From: Eledone cirrhosa
Lineage: Eukaryota
DNA: 64,000 nt
NCBI GenBank assembly: GCA_964016885.1
Contig: OZ024763.1
Span: 1,984,001 to 2,048,000 of the forward strand
Reading direction: 5' to 3'
This document shows positions 26,133 through 41,046 of the stretch, one piece after another (position 1 is the stretch's first letter; each line of letters starts with the position of its first letter). The position numbers and the translations under genes were made by a program. The notes under the pieces are model-generated. The model worked only from the letters and a program-made list of their open reading frames with translations. It was not told the DNA's origin and ran no database searches.

Positions 26133-26446
26133 ATTGTTTCTACTTTTGGCACAAGACCAGCAATTACCCAGTGCATTACTGGTACATTGTGTATATATAA
26201 TATATATAGTATATGTATAGTATAGTATATGTTGTCACGTCACTGGGGCCAAGCTGTATCAGCCATTGCCTTTCCCTTGGACAACATCAGTGTCATGAAG
26301 AGGGGAGCTGGTATGTATGGGCAACTGCTGGTCTTCCACAAACAAACCTTGCCCGGGCTTGTGCCTCAGAGGGGAACTTTCTAGGTGCAAATCCCATGGC
26401 CCTTCATGACCGAAGGGGCTCTTTACCCTTTTTATATGTTCAAGGG

Positions 26447-26768
26447 TTGCGTTGCTTTGTGGTTAGAGAATTCGGCTCACAATGATAAGGTTGTGAGTGT
26501 GATTCCCAGCAGCGCGGTGTGTCCTCGAGCAAGACACGTTATATCATGCTGTTCCAGTCCACTCGGCTGGCAAAAGGGGAGTTGTACCTGTAATTCGAAG
26601 GGCCAGCTTTGCCACATTCTGCGTCACACAGAATCTCCCTGAGAACTATGTGTTTAGGGTACGCATATCTGTGGAATGCTCAGCCACTTGCATGTTAATT
26701 TCATGAGCAGGCTGTTCCATTGATCAGATCAACTGGAACACTCGTCGTCGTAACCGATGGAGTGCCCT
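26447..26768 (+). mobile_element. Diverged tRNA-derived SINE, third body type
   Basis: gtggttagagaattcggctcacaa...gtgtcctcgagcaagacac head like family A, with a different 3' body. Confidence 0.7.
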
Positions 26769-26938
26769 CCATATGTTCAGGGTTTAAGTCCTCTCAGGGT
26801 CAGCTTTGCCCTTCATCCCTCCAGGGTTGATACAGTTAAACCCTTTCGTTACCAGATTTCTAATGAAAGACAATGCTTAGGATTTTCAAATAATTTTTGC
26901 CCTCAACCAAATCGATGGCCCCCTCTCTCTCCCTATCC

Positions 26939-27138
26939 NNNNNNNNNNNNNNNNNNNNNNNNNNNNNNNNNNNNNNNNNNNNNNNNNNNNNNNNNNNNNN
27001 NNNNNNNNNNNNNNNNNNNNNNNNNNNNNNNNNNNNNNNNNNNNNNNNNNNNNNNNNNNNNNNNNNNNNNNNNNNNNNNNNNNNNNNNNNNNNNNNNNNN
27101 NNNNNNNNNNNNNNNNNNNNNNNNNNNNNNNNNNNNNN
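26939..27138. other. Assembly gap (200 N) with duplicated flank
   Basis: 26623-26938 is repeated at 27139-27454. Confidence 0.95.
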
Positions 27139-27435
27139 GTCACACAGAATCTCCCTGAGAACTATGTGTTTAGGGTACGCATATCTGTGGAATGCTCAGC
27201 CACTTGCATGTTAATTTCATGAGCAGGCTGTTCCATTGATCAGATCAACTGGAACACTCGTCGTCGTAACCGATGGAGTGCCCTCCATATGTTCAGGGTT
27301 TAAGTCCTCTCAGGGTCAGCTTTGCCCTTCATCCCTCCAGGGTTGATACAGTTAAACCCTTTCGTTACCAGATTTCTAATGAAAGACAATGCTTAGGATT
27401 TTCAAATAATTTTTGCCCTCAACCAAATCGATGGC

Positions 27436-28670
27436 CCCCTCTCTCTCCCTATCCTTCTCTCTCCCCCCTCTCTCTCCCTATCCTTCTCTCGCCCCCCTCT
27501 CTCTCCCTATCCTTCTCTCTCCCCCCTCTCTCTCCCTCTCTCTCCCCCCTCTCTCTCCCTATCCTTCTCTCGCCCCCCTCTCTCTCCCTATCCTTCTCTC
27601 TCCCCTCTCTCTCTCTCTATCCTTCTCTCTCCCCTCTCTCTCTCTCTATCCTTCTCTCTCCCCTCTCTCTCTCTATCCTTCTCTCTCCCCTCTCTCTCTC
27701 CCTATCCTTCTCTCTCCCCTCTCTCTCCCTATCCTTCTCTCTCCCCCCTCTCTCTCCCTATCCTTCTCTCGCCCCCCTCTCTCTCCCTATCCTTCTCTCT
27801 CCCCTCTCTCTCTCTCTATCCTTCTCTCTCCCCTCTCTCTCTCTCTATCCTTCTCTCTCCCCTCTCTCTCTCTATCCTTCTCTCTCCCCTCTCTCTCTCT
27901 ATCCTTCTCTCTCCCCTCTCTCTCCCTATCCTTCTCTCTCCCCTCTCTCTCTCCCTATCCTTCTCTCTCCCCTCTCTCTCCCTATCCTTCTCTCTCCCCC
28001 CTCTCTCTCCCTATCCTTCTCTCGCCCCCCTCTCTCTCCCTATCCTTCTCTCTCCCCTCTCTCTCTCTCTATCCTTCTCTCTCCCCTCTCTCTCTCTCTA
28101 TCCTTCTCTCTCCCCTCTCTCTCTCTATCCTTCTCTCTCCCCTCTCTCTCTCTATCCTTCTCTCTCCCCTCTCTCTCTCCCTATCCTTCTCTCTCCCCTC
28201 TCTCTCCCTATCCTTCTCTCTCCCCTCTCTCTCTCCCTATCCTTCTCTCTCCCCTCTCTCTCCCTATCCTTCTCTCTCCCCTCTCTCTCCCTATCCTTCT
28301 CTCTCCCCTCTCTCTCTCTATCCTTCTCTCTCCCCTCTCTCTCTCTATCCTTCTCTCTCCCCTCTCTCTCTCCCTATCCTTCTCTCTCCCCTCTCTCTCC
28401 CTATCCTTCTCTCTCCCCTCTCTCTCTCCCTATCCTTCTCTCTCCCCTCTCTCTCCCTATCCTTCTCTCTCCCCTCTCTCTCCCTATCCTTCTCTCTCCC
28501 TATCCTTCTCTCTCCCCTCTCTCTCTCCCTATCCTTCTCTCTCCCCTCTCTCTCTCTCCCTATCCTTCTCTCTCCCCTCTCTCTCTCTCCCTATCCTTCT
28601 CTCTCCCCTCTCTCTCCCTATCCTTCTCTCTCCCCTCTCTCTCCCTATCCTTCTCTCTCCCCTCTTTCTC
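27436..28670. repeat. Polypyrimidine minisatellite, (ctatccttctctctcccctctctctc)n
   Basis: Read directly. Confidence 0.95.
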
Positions 28671-30165
28671 CTACCCCTCTCCATCTCTCCTACCTCCCCC
28701 TCTTCTACTCCTTTCTCTCTTTCCCTCTCACTCTTTTTACCCCCCCCCTCTCTCTTCCATGGGGGTTTTCATATAGAAGGGGATAAAGTTGACTCATGTG
28801 GAAAAGGAAAATGAGAGAGAGGGGGTGTTGGTGAGAGAGAGAGAGACCCTTAAACAACACTTGATCTGCCCCCCCCCCCTTCTCTATCATCTCTCCTTAA
28901 TCTTCTGTTCCCTATTCCAAGCCTGGTGGCAGTGGTGGTGATGGTGTTGGTGGTAGTAGTGTGGTGGTGGGTGGTGGTGGTGTGGTGATGGTGTTGGTGG
29001 TAGTAGTGTGGTGGTGGTGTGGTGATGGTGTTGGTGGTAGTAGTGTGGTGGTGGTGATGGTGTTGGTGGTAGTAGTGTGGTGGTGTGGTGATGGTGATGG
29101 TGGTGGTGGTAGTAGTGTGGTGGTTGGTGGTGTGGGATGGTGATGATGGTGGTGTGGGGTGGTGATCGTGATGGTGATGATGGTGATGGTGATGGTGATG
29201 ATGGTGGTGGTGGTGTGAGTAAGGACAGGTGGTTTTAAAATTATGTCTTTCTCTGTGTGTGTGTGTGTAAAATTATCTTTCATGTCGAAACGGCTTGAGC
29301 TCTGCCGTCGGGATCTTGAACATTTTCCTATATATGTGTGTGTATGTGTGTACCTGTAAAATTATTTGTGTTTATGAAAGTATGTGTGTGTGTATTTCTA
29401 TATATGTTTGCCAAATTACTTGTGTGTTTCTATATGTATATGTGTGTATGCTTGCGAAATTACTTGTGTGTGTGTGTGTGTGTGTTTATATGTGGGAACG
29501 TGTGTATGTTTACCAAATGACTTATCTGTGTGTGTGTATGTGTTTATATGTGTATACGTGTACCAAATGACTTATCTGTGTGTGTGTGTGTCTGTGTGTT
29601 TATATGTGTATACGTGTTTATGTTTACCAAATGACTTATCTGTGTGTGTGTGTATGTGTTTATGTGTGTATGTTTACCAAATGACTTATCTGTGTGTGTA
29701 TGTGTTTATATGTGTATACGTGTGTATGTTTACCAAATGACTTATCTGTGTGTGTATGTGTTTATATGTGTATACGTGTGTATGTTTACCAAATGACTTA
29801 TCTGTGTGTGTGTGTGTGTGTGTGCATGTGTTCATATGTGGGAACGTGTGTATGTGTCTGTTACATTATTTGTCTATGTGTATACACGTGTGTATTTGTA
29901 TATCTGTTTGTATAACTATATATCTGTGTGTTATTGTGTGTGAATGCATTTATAAAAATATGTGTGTGTGTAAATGTGTGTGTTTGTGTGTTTGTGCGTG
30001 TGTGTATGTATCTGTGAACATACACACAAGTAATTTAGCAAACATAGACACACATATAAACACAGAGATAGACAATTAGTTTGACATACACACACACACA
30101 CAAACATATGCACAAATATAAACACATACACTTTCATAAACACACAATGTTACAAGGATGTACAT

Positions 30166-30244
<79 letters not shown>

Positions 30245-30481
30245 CACAAATACTTTCATAAACACAAATAATTTTACAAACAAGTATACACACACACACA
30301 CACATAAATACACACACACACACACATAAGTAATATTATGCACGCACACAGACACACATACACATGCAGAAAGACAAATAATCTTATTACCCCCCCCCCA
30401 CACACACACACACACACGCAACACCATCATCACCAACACCACCACCACCACCATGACCACCAACACCACCACCACCACCGC

Positions 30482-30525
<44 letters not shown>

Positions 30526-31974
30526 CCACCATCACTACCACCACCACCAACAACAACACCACCATCACTACCACTACTACAACCACCACCAACATCACTA
30601 CCACCACCCCCATCACTACCACTACTACTACCACCACCACCACCATCATAATCACCACCACCACCACCATCATAATCACCACCACCACCACCATCAGCAC
30701 CACCACCACCCCCATCACCACCACCACCACCCCCATCACCACCACCATCACTACCACTACTACTACCACCATCACCACCATCATCATAATCACCACCACC
30801 ACCACCATCATAATCACCACCACCACCACCATCAGCACCACCACCACCACCACCACCACCACCACCAAACTGCCAATAGTTCTGTAAGCTGGTGTAAGGT
30901 GGGGTGGAGGTCTATTGGCAGCCACACTGACTGTGGCTAACACTGCCTCATAATACAGGAAACTGTGGAAAGGATTTTAGGGAGAGATGAAGGCTTGGAA
31001 TAGGGAACAGAAAATTAAGGAGAGATGATAGAGGAGAGGGGGGGGGGTGACAGGCCAAGTGGTGTTTAAGGGTCTCCCTCTCTCACTAACACTCTCTCTC
31101 TTTCTAATCCACACACACTCTCTCTCTCTCTCTTTATCACCAACACCGTCTCTCTCTCTCTTTATCACCAACCCCTTCTCTCTCTCTCACCAACACCCTC
31201 TCTCTCTCTCACCAACACCCTCTCTCTCTCTGACACCCTCTCTCTCTCTCTCTCCCGCCCTCTCTCTCACCAACACAATCTCTCTCTCTCTCTCTCTCTG
31301 ACACCCTCTCTCTCTCCCGCCCTCTCTCTCACCATCACCCTCTCTCTCTCCCGCCCTCTCTCTCACCACCACCCTCTCTCTCTCCCGCCCTCTCTCTCAC
31401 CACCACCCTCTTTCTCACCACCACCCTCTTTCTCACCACCACCCTCTTTCTCTCTCTCCACCCTCTCTCTCACCACCACCCTCTCTCTCTCCCGCCCTCT
31501 CTCTCACCACCACCCTCTCTCTCTCCCGCCCTCTCTCTCACCACCACCCTCTTTCTCTCTCTCCACCCTCTCTCTCACCACCACCCTCTCTCTCTCTCCA
31601 CCATCCTCTCTCTCTCACCCTCTCTCTCTCACCCTCTTTCTATCTCTCTCTCATTTTCCTTTTCCACATGAGTCAACTTTATGCCCTTCTATATGAAAAC
31701 CCACCATGGAAGATATATGTAGAGAGAGAGAAAGAGAGAGACAGACAGACAGAGAGAGAGGAAGGGAGATAAAGAAGCGGGGGGAGGCATCGATTTTGGG
31801 GAAAGTGAAAGAGGGAGGGGGGCATCGATTGCATATTTGGAAATCTAGCCCTGCAAGGAATTATGTTTAAGGGGGCTAAGGAAGGGATAAGATGAAGGGA
31901 GTAGCTGCCCCCTGTTGCAATACGAATAGTTGCAGGAATTCCCATACATCATATTATATGTATTGTTTATATTT

Positions 31975-33895
<1,921 letters not shown>

Positions 33896-34173
33896 ACGAT
33901 GTACAAGTCATGTTTATAAATATACTCTAGGGTAAACAGACGCATTTCTGTACTTCGTTGAATGCTCTAGCCAGCCAAAATAGAGTTCTGTTTAAGCAAC
34001 TTATGGCACGGTCAACTGACCAGACTTGTATCATAACATGGACAACCTGCCTGACCCATGCAAGCAGGGAAAAATAGACATTAAACGGTGGTGATGATGA
34101 TATATATATCTATATAGAGAGAGAATAAGAAAATGCGAAGTAGTTTCAGATGTTAAAGTCCTTTATTGATAAT

Positions 34174-34354
34174 TGTTTCTACGTTAGGCACAAGGCCAGC
34201 AAATTACCCAGTACATTACTGGTACTTTATTTTATCGACCCCGTAAGGATGAAAGGCAAAGTCAACCTTGGCGGAATTTGAACTCAGACCATAAAGGGAC
34301 GTAACTATGCTGGAAAGCATGGCGTCCGACCCTCTACCGATACTGCCAATCCAC
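34174..34354 (-). mobile_element. SINE family B with 17-bp target-site duplication
   Basis: agtcctttattgataat at 34157-34173 and 34355-34371. Confidence 0.9.
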
Positions 34355-34371
34355 AGTCCTTTATTGATAAT

Positions 34372-34446
34372 GCTGTGATACATATTTCAATGACAACAGT
34401 GGCCACACGATTCCGTGTACTCAGTGCCATGACATCATCAGACAGC
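34372..34446 (-). ncRNA. Type I hammerhead ribozyme motif
   Basis: Minus strand: gctgt CTGATGA [long stem II capped by acacg gaat cgtgt] GAAA tatgt ATC^ acagc. Confidence 0.7.
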
Positions 34447-34602
34447 TTCTTGTATAATAATAAAGTTACGTTCCCGAGGCAATCCAAATTATATATATAT
34501 ATAATTTGGATTACCTCAAGGAAAACTTGAACCAAGGAAAACTTGAACCGTTAAGGTATATTCTCCTTCGTTATGTCAAAATTTATAAAACACACTTCGT
34601 AC

Positions 34603-34657
34603 TTTATCTGATGATAGCGTACCAAAATTTTGGTACCCTTGAAATATATATAATAGA
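34603..34657 (+). ncRNA. Type I hammerhead motif (family H1)
   Basis: tttat CTGATGA [gtaccaaaa ttttggtac] GAAA tatat ATA^ ataga. Confidence 0.65.
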
Positions 34658-34700
34658 ATAAATATGGTTTTATAAATATAGTTTCCATTTATTTAATATA

Positions 34701-34765
<65 letters not shown>

Positions 34766-34861
34766 ATTAGAATACTGGAGCGTGTTTGAGTCAAACACCC
34801 TCTTCGTATTATAGAAATGACAGTAAAAGGTATAGCTCAATGCAGTTAAACAGAGCCGAAA

Positions 34862-35169
34862 AATTAAGAGAGTAAAACAAAGAATCCTTTAATACATCAA
34901 AAGTTTTTATTAGCCGACAATGTTTCGTCCTATTAAGGACTCATCAGGGCAATCAAAACAACAAGAGGTAATTTCGGCAGATACAAGCCAGAAACTCTGA
35001 AGAATATGGAGTTTACATACACTAATGTCTTACGAGTTTCTGGCTTGTATCTGCCGAAATTACCTCTTGTTGTTTTGATTGCCCTGATGAGTCCTTAATA
35101 GGACGAAACATTGTCGGCTAATAAAAACTTTTGATGTATTAAAGGATTCTTTGTTTTACTCTCTTAATT
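34862..35169. mobile_element. Palindromic HHR element, 136-bp arms and 36-bp spacer
   Basis: 34862-34997 is the reverse complement of 35034-35169 and is followed by (TA)n. Confidence 0.9.
35075..35124 (+). ncRNA. Canonical-core minimal type I hammerhead ribozyme (mirror copy on minus strand, about 34907-34956)
   Basis: ttgattgcc CTGATGA gtcct taat aggac GAA AC att GT C^ ggctaataa. Confidence 0.88.
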
Positions 35170-35190
35170 ATATATATATATATATATATA

Positions 35191-35704
35191 TAAAAGAAGT
35201 TAATATCCCCACAGGTACTAAGTACCCCTGGAAATATATAGAGTGTCTATGATACAGTGGTTGTTCTATGGTATTAATTTGACATACCAGAACCATAAAA
35301 TTGAGATAAGGGGAGCAAGCAAGATTCAAACATTTTTTTAAAATAAATTAAAAAATATAATTTAAATATTTACCTAATCCATTTGCTTTTACCGAACGGT
35401 TTCACTTCACAAAAGATTGGAGATCCCTAGGGACCTCCAATGGAAAAGTTTAGATCATCAGAAAGCATGTCCCTAGGGATCTCCAATCTTTTGTGAAGTG
35501 AAACCGTTCGATAAAAGCAATTGGAATATTTAAATTATATTTTTTAATTTATTTTAAAAAGTTGTTTGAATCTTGCTTGCTCCACTTATCTCAATTATAT
35601 AGTTCTGGTATGTCAAATTAATACCATAGAACAACCACTGTATCATAGACACCCTATATATTTCCAGGGGTACTTAGTACCTGTGGGGATATTAACTTCT
35701 TTTA
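35191..35704. mobile_element. Palindromic HHR element, ~240-bp arms
   Basis: 35191-35434 against 35469-35704, (TA)n on both sides. Confidence 0.9.
35385..35466 (-). ncRNA. Type I hammerhead-like motif with extended stem II
   Basis: Minus strand: gcttt CTGATGA [..attggaggtccc ta gggatctccaat..] GAA ACCG tt CGGT A^ aaagc. Confidence 0.7.
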
Positions 35705-35869
35705 TATATATATATATATATATATAATTGGTTATGCACGAGTGCATTAATGTTTTCCAGGACACAGTGTTATGTACCGTGTAGTGGAAGGTCAGCTTAC
35801 AACAGAGTGGTGCTCAACGAAATGCAGAAAAAAGGTGTATATTCCAGTTTAGCTATATTCCGGGGCGTG

Positions 35870-36200
35870 TATAAAGAATTAAAAAGAACAGAAAGATGCA
35901 GTAAAAGAGATTTATTCGGTTCTTACGTACGTTTCAATAGACATCAATTTGCCTAGATCTCGCTACATCTATAATATTATATATTTAGTAGAGCATTCGA
36001 TATCCAATGCACAATCGATCCCATATCATCAGAGATTATGTCTGATGATATGGGATCGATTGTGCATTGGATATCGAATGCTCTACTAACTATATAATAT
36101 TATAGATGTAGCGAGATCTAGGCAAATTGATGTCTATTGAAACGTACGTAAGAACCGAATAAATCTCTTTTACTGCATCTTTCTGTTCTTTTTAATTCTT

Positions 36201-36204
<4 letters not shown>
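35870..36204. mobile_element. Palindromic HHR element, ~164-bp arms and 7-bp spacer
   Basis: 35870-36033 against 36041-36204, ending in (TA)n. Confidence 0.9.
36041..36153 (+). ncRNA. Hammerhead motif with ~90-nt stem II, helix I clipped by the inversion
   Basis: CTGATGA at 36042-36048, then GAA AC gtac GT A^ at 36139-36150 with palindromic tetraloop GTAC. Confidence 0.65.
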
Positions 36205-36231
<27 letters not shown>

Positions 36232-36773
36232 ATGTGTGTGTGCATGTGCGTATCTTTACCTTTGCTCTCGCTCTGATCAATCGACAAGATTCTAGTTCTC
36301 CTTCACTTGCCGACCAAGGAAACAATGTTTCCATTAGTCTTTCCATTGTTAACTATCTACTGGTTGCAACTCTTGGCAGAAGGAGCAATATGAAATAAAG
36401 TATCTTGCTCAAGGACACAGCACATCACCTGGTCCGAGAATTGACATTGCAACCTCACAATTGCAAATCCAATTCTTTAAACAGTAAGCCACATTCTATA
36501 TAAGCTCAATACAGACTAATATATATATAATCTTGTAAGAATATGTATGTATGATCCCATAACTCCTGATAGAGGTGTAGGGGCGCCGTATTGAATTACG
36601 GCGCTTCTTGGGTATTTTAAGCCTAGGGTAGCCCATCCTTCTCCAGGACTGAGTACAGCAGATTTCTTCCAGAGAAAGATGGAAAGTGAGAGAGAGGAAG
36701 TGAGAAAGAGATATAGAAGAAGAATCGACCCCAGTAGTAGACTGGTATTATATATATATATATATTTATATAT

Positions 36774-37104
36774 CATCATCATCATACGTCCACTTTTCCC
36801 TGCTTGCAAGGGTGGGACGGGAACTGATTCTGGCTTGATTTCTACAGCTGGAGGCCCTTCCTAACACCAACCTCATTTACAGTGAGTGCTGGCTGCTTTT
36901 TTTCTGTGGCACCTCCACGACCACTTGGCAGTGGAATGATAGGGACTGGGGTCCCTATCATCTCATTTCTACAGCTGAGTAAACTGGGGCAATGTGAAAT
37001 AAAGTGTCTTGCTCAAGGACACAACACATCACCCAGTCTGAGAATTGAACTCACAACCTTTCGATTGCAAGGCCAATGCTCTAACCACTAAGCCATGTGC
37101 CTCC
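36774..37104 (-). mobile_element. Full-length SINE family A
   Basis: Near identical to 18908-19238. Confidence 0.9.
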
Positions 37105-37261
37105 ATATATATGTATATATATATATATGCAAAAGTTCAATTTAAATTGTTGGGATACAACAAGCAAATATTTTTATAACTGATATAAAGCACTCAACAA
37201 ATTATTGGAGTAAAAATACGATATATTAACAAATGGAAACTATATTTATAAAACCATATTT

Positions 37262-37324
37262 ATTTCATTATACATATTTCAAGGACACCAAGTTAAATTA
37301 TGGTGTGCTTTCATCAGATAAAAT
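37262..37324 (-). ncRNA. Type I hammerhead motif (family H1) in a TA-flanked element, 37128-37365
   Basis: Minus strand: attttat CTGATGA [aag..acacca..tggtgt..ctt] GAAA tatgt ATA^ atgaaat; the element is an inverted homologue of 9560-9795. Confidence 0.72.
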
Positions 37325-37457
37325 ATAATATAGATCAGTTTTATAAATAAATATTGACATGCCCTTATATATATATATATATATGGAGAGATAGATAGAT
37401 AGATAGAGAGAGAGAAAGAGATATTGAGGAAGAATTGACCCCAGTACTAGACTGGTA

Positions 37458-37491
<34 letters not shown>

Positions 37492-37826
37492 TACCAGTCT
37501 ATATATATGGAGAGATAGATAGATAAAGAGAGATATATATAGAGGACGAATCAACCCCAGTACTAGACTGGTACTTTTTTTATCAACCTCGAAAGGATGA
37601 AAGGCAAAGTTAACCTCGGTGGGATTTGATCTCAGAGATCAGAGAGCAGAAACGAATACCACAAAGCATTCTATCCGATGTTCTAACAACTCTGGAACTA
37701 TATACTTAAGAACACTTTTAAACCACACTGTGATCTGTAATAAAACAACAGAATTCCTACAGCGCTTCTCAGAGACTCGACTCGCATTCCTCCTTTGGCA
37801 ATTCTAGTTTTCTCAAATTCTTCCTG

Positions 37827-39959
37827 TCTCCCACTTGGAAGTGACATCTAGTTATATTTACACCTGAGCAACATCTCCCACTTGGAAGTGACATCTAGTT
37901 ATATTTACACCTGAGCAACATCTCCCACTTGGAAGTGACATCTAGTTATATTTACACCTGAGCAACATCTCCCACTTGGAAGTGACATCTAGTTATATTT
38001 ACACCTGAGCAACATCTCCCACTTGGAAGTGACATCTAGTTATATTTACACCTGAGCAACATCTCCCACTTGGGAGTGACATCTAGTTATATTTACACCT
38101 GAGCAACATCTCCCACTTGGAAGTGGCATCTAGTTATATTTACACCTGAGCAACATCTCCCACTTGGAAGTGACATCTAGTTATATTTACACCTGAGCAA
38201 CATCTCCCACTTGGAAGTGACATCTAGTTATATTTACACCTGAGCAACATCTCCCACTTGGAAGTGACATCTAGTTATATTTACACCTGAGCAACATCTC
38301 CCACTTGGAAGTGACATCTAGTTATATTTACACCTGAGCAACATCTCTCACTTGGAAGTGACATCTAGTTATATTTACACCTGAGCAACATCTCCCACTT
38401 GGAAGTGACATCTAGTTATATTTACACCTGAGCAACATCTCCCACTTGGAAGTGACATCTAGTTATATTTACACCTGAGCAACATCTCCCACTTGGAAGT
38501 GACATCTAGTTATATTTACACCTGAGCAACATCTCCCACTTGGAAGTGACATCTAGTTATATTTACACCTGAGCAACATCTCCCACTTGGAAGTGACATC
38601 TAGTTATATTTACACCTGAGCAACATCTCCCACTTGGAAGTGACATCTAGTTATATTTACACCTGAGCAACATCTCTCACTTGGAAGTGACATCTAGTTA
38701 TATTTACACCTGAGCAACATCTCCCACTTGGAAGTTATATTTACACCTGAGCAACATCTCCCACTTGGAAGTGACATCTAGTTATATTTACACCTGAGCA
38801 ACATCTCCCACTTGGAAGTGACATCTAGTTATATTTACACCTGAGCAACATCTCTCACTTGGAAGTGACATCTAGTTATATTTACACCTGAGCAACATCT
38901 CCCACTTGGAAGTTATATTTACACCTGAGCAACATCTCCCACTTGGAAGTGACATCTAGTTATATTTACACCTGAGCAACATCTCTCACTTGGAAGTGAC
39001 ATCTAGTTATATTTACACCTGAGCAACATCTCCCACTTGGAAGTTATATTTACACCTGAGCAACATCTCCCACTTGGAAGTGACATCTAGTTATATTTAC
39101 ACCTGAGCAACATCTCTCACTTGGAAGTGACATCTAGTTATATTTACACCTGAGCAACATCTCCCACTTGGAAGTGACATCTAGTTATATTTACACCTGA
39201 GAAACATCTCCCACTTGGAAGTGACATCTAGTTATATTTACACCTGAGCAACATCTCTCACTTGGAAGTGACATCTAGTTATATTTACACCTGAGCAACA
39301 TCTCCCACTTGGAAGTGACATCTAGTTATATTTACACCTGAGCAACATCTCTCACTTGGAAGTGACATCTAGTTATATTTACACCTGAGCAACATCTCTC
39401 ACTTGGAAGTGACATCTAGTTATATTTACACCTGAGCAACATCTCCCACTTGGAAGTGACATCTAGTTATATTTACACCTGAGCAACATCTCCCACTTGG
39501 AAGTGACATCTAGTTATATTTACACCTGAGCAACATCTCTCACTTGGAAGTGACATCTAGTTATATTTACACCTGAGCAACATCTCTCACTTGGAAGTGA
39601 CATCTAGTTATATTTACACCTGAGCAACATCTCCCACTTGGAAGTGACATCTAGTTATATTTACACCTGAGCAACATCTCCCACTTGGAAGTGACATCTA
39701 GTTATATTTACACCTGAGCAACATTTCCCACTTGGAAGTGACATCTAGTTATATTTACACCTGAGCAACATCTCTCACTTGGAAGTGACATCTAGTTATA
39801 TTTACACCTGAGCAACATCTCTCACTTGGAAGTGGCATCTAGTTATATTTACACCTGAGCAACATCTCTCACTTGGAAGTGGCATCTAGTTATATTTACA
39901 CCTGAGCAACATCTCCCACTTGGAAGTGACATCTAGTTATATTTACACCTGAGCAACAT
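37827..39959. repeat. 47-bp satellite, about 45 near-identical copies
   Basis: tctcccacttggaagtgacatctagttatatttacacctgagcaaca; three units carry the same 10-bp deletion. Confidence 0.97.
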
Positions 39960-40562
39960 ATTAACCTTTAGAATGCTGAATTTTCTTATGAATTACTTCC
40001 CTTGGCACTATATGATATATTAGGGATTACTCTGTTGGCGACATACGGCACCTAGAGAGGGCTGACGGTTAACATAAACAAATATGCCAATTTGCCGCCT
40101 ATTTTAAGGATATATTTCTCTCCAAGACCATCTGGAGTCTGCAGATTACTTCGCATTAATTAATAATTATGTTAATTAAGGTTATATTATTAATGCCTTT
40201 GATTATTACATTTACATATATATTGGATTAGAAACATACATTATTAATTCCTTGAACTCATTCCTATTTATAAGGCCTTTTAAATATATGATTATTTCTT
40301 AGACTTAGCCTCTTCCATCCCCTCCTTATCTAAAGTGGGTGGCTAGGTGGTGGAGGTTATGGTGGGGTGGAGAGGAATAAATATATTAAGGTATGAATAA
40401 TGTAGTTGCCTTTAATTAGAATTGTTTCTGATAAAATATGGAAGATATTCACAGTTCCAATCTTTGATAACCTCTGATGAAAAAAAAAATGAGTGAAGTT
40501 CTTGTATTATGTTAATATAGGAAGGAATTGGTAAATTTGAAAAAAATCATTACTTTGAGAAA

Positions 40563-40661
<99 letters not shown>

Positions 40662-40680
40662 GTATATGTATATATATATG

Positions 40681-40745
<65 letters not shown>

Positions 40746-40968
40746 GTATATGTATATATATATATATGTATATATATATGTATATATATATGTATGTATG
40801 TATATATATAACACACATATATATATTACACACACACATACACATATATATATATATATTGCATAGATATTAATATATATGTATGCATATATATATATAT
40901 ATATATATTACATACATGTTTATATATACATATATATGAATATACATCTGCATATATATGTATAAATA

Positions 40969-41041
<73 letters not shown>

Positions 41042-41046
<5 letters not shown>

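Larger units (their letters stand above)
21634..26432 (+). mobile_element. tRNA-derived SINE split by two satellite expansions
   Basis: Head 21634-21826 ends at gcctttcccttggac; the body resumes near 26232-26432. Confidence 0.7.

Noticed and set aside
26623-27454. 316-bp direct duplication
   Set aside because: Identical copies on either side of a 200-N gap; most likely an unmerged contig overlap.
37827-39959. CRISPR-like regular array
   Set aside because: Units are contiguous with no unique spacers, there are no cas genes, and the context is eukaryotic; the same holds for the 52-, 61-, 65-, 72- and 102-bp arrays.
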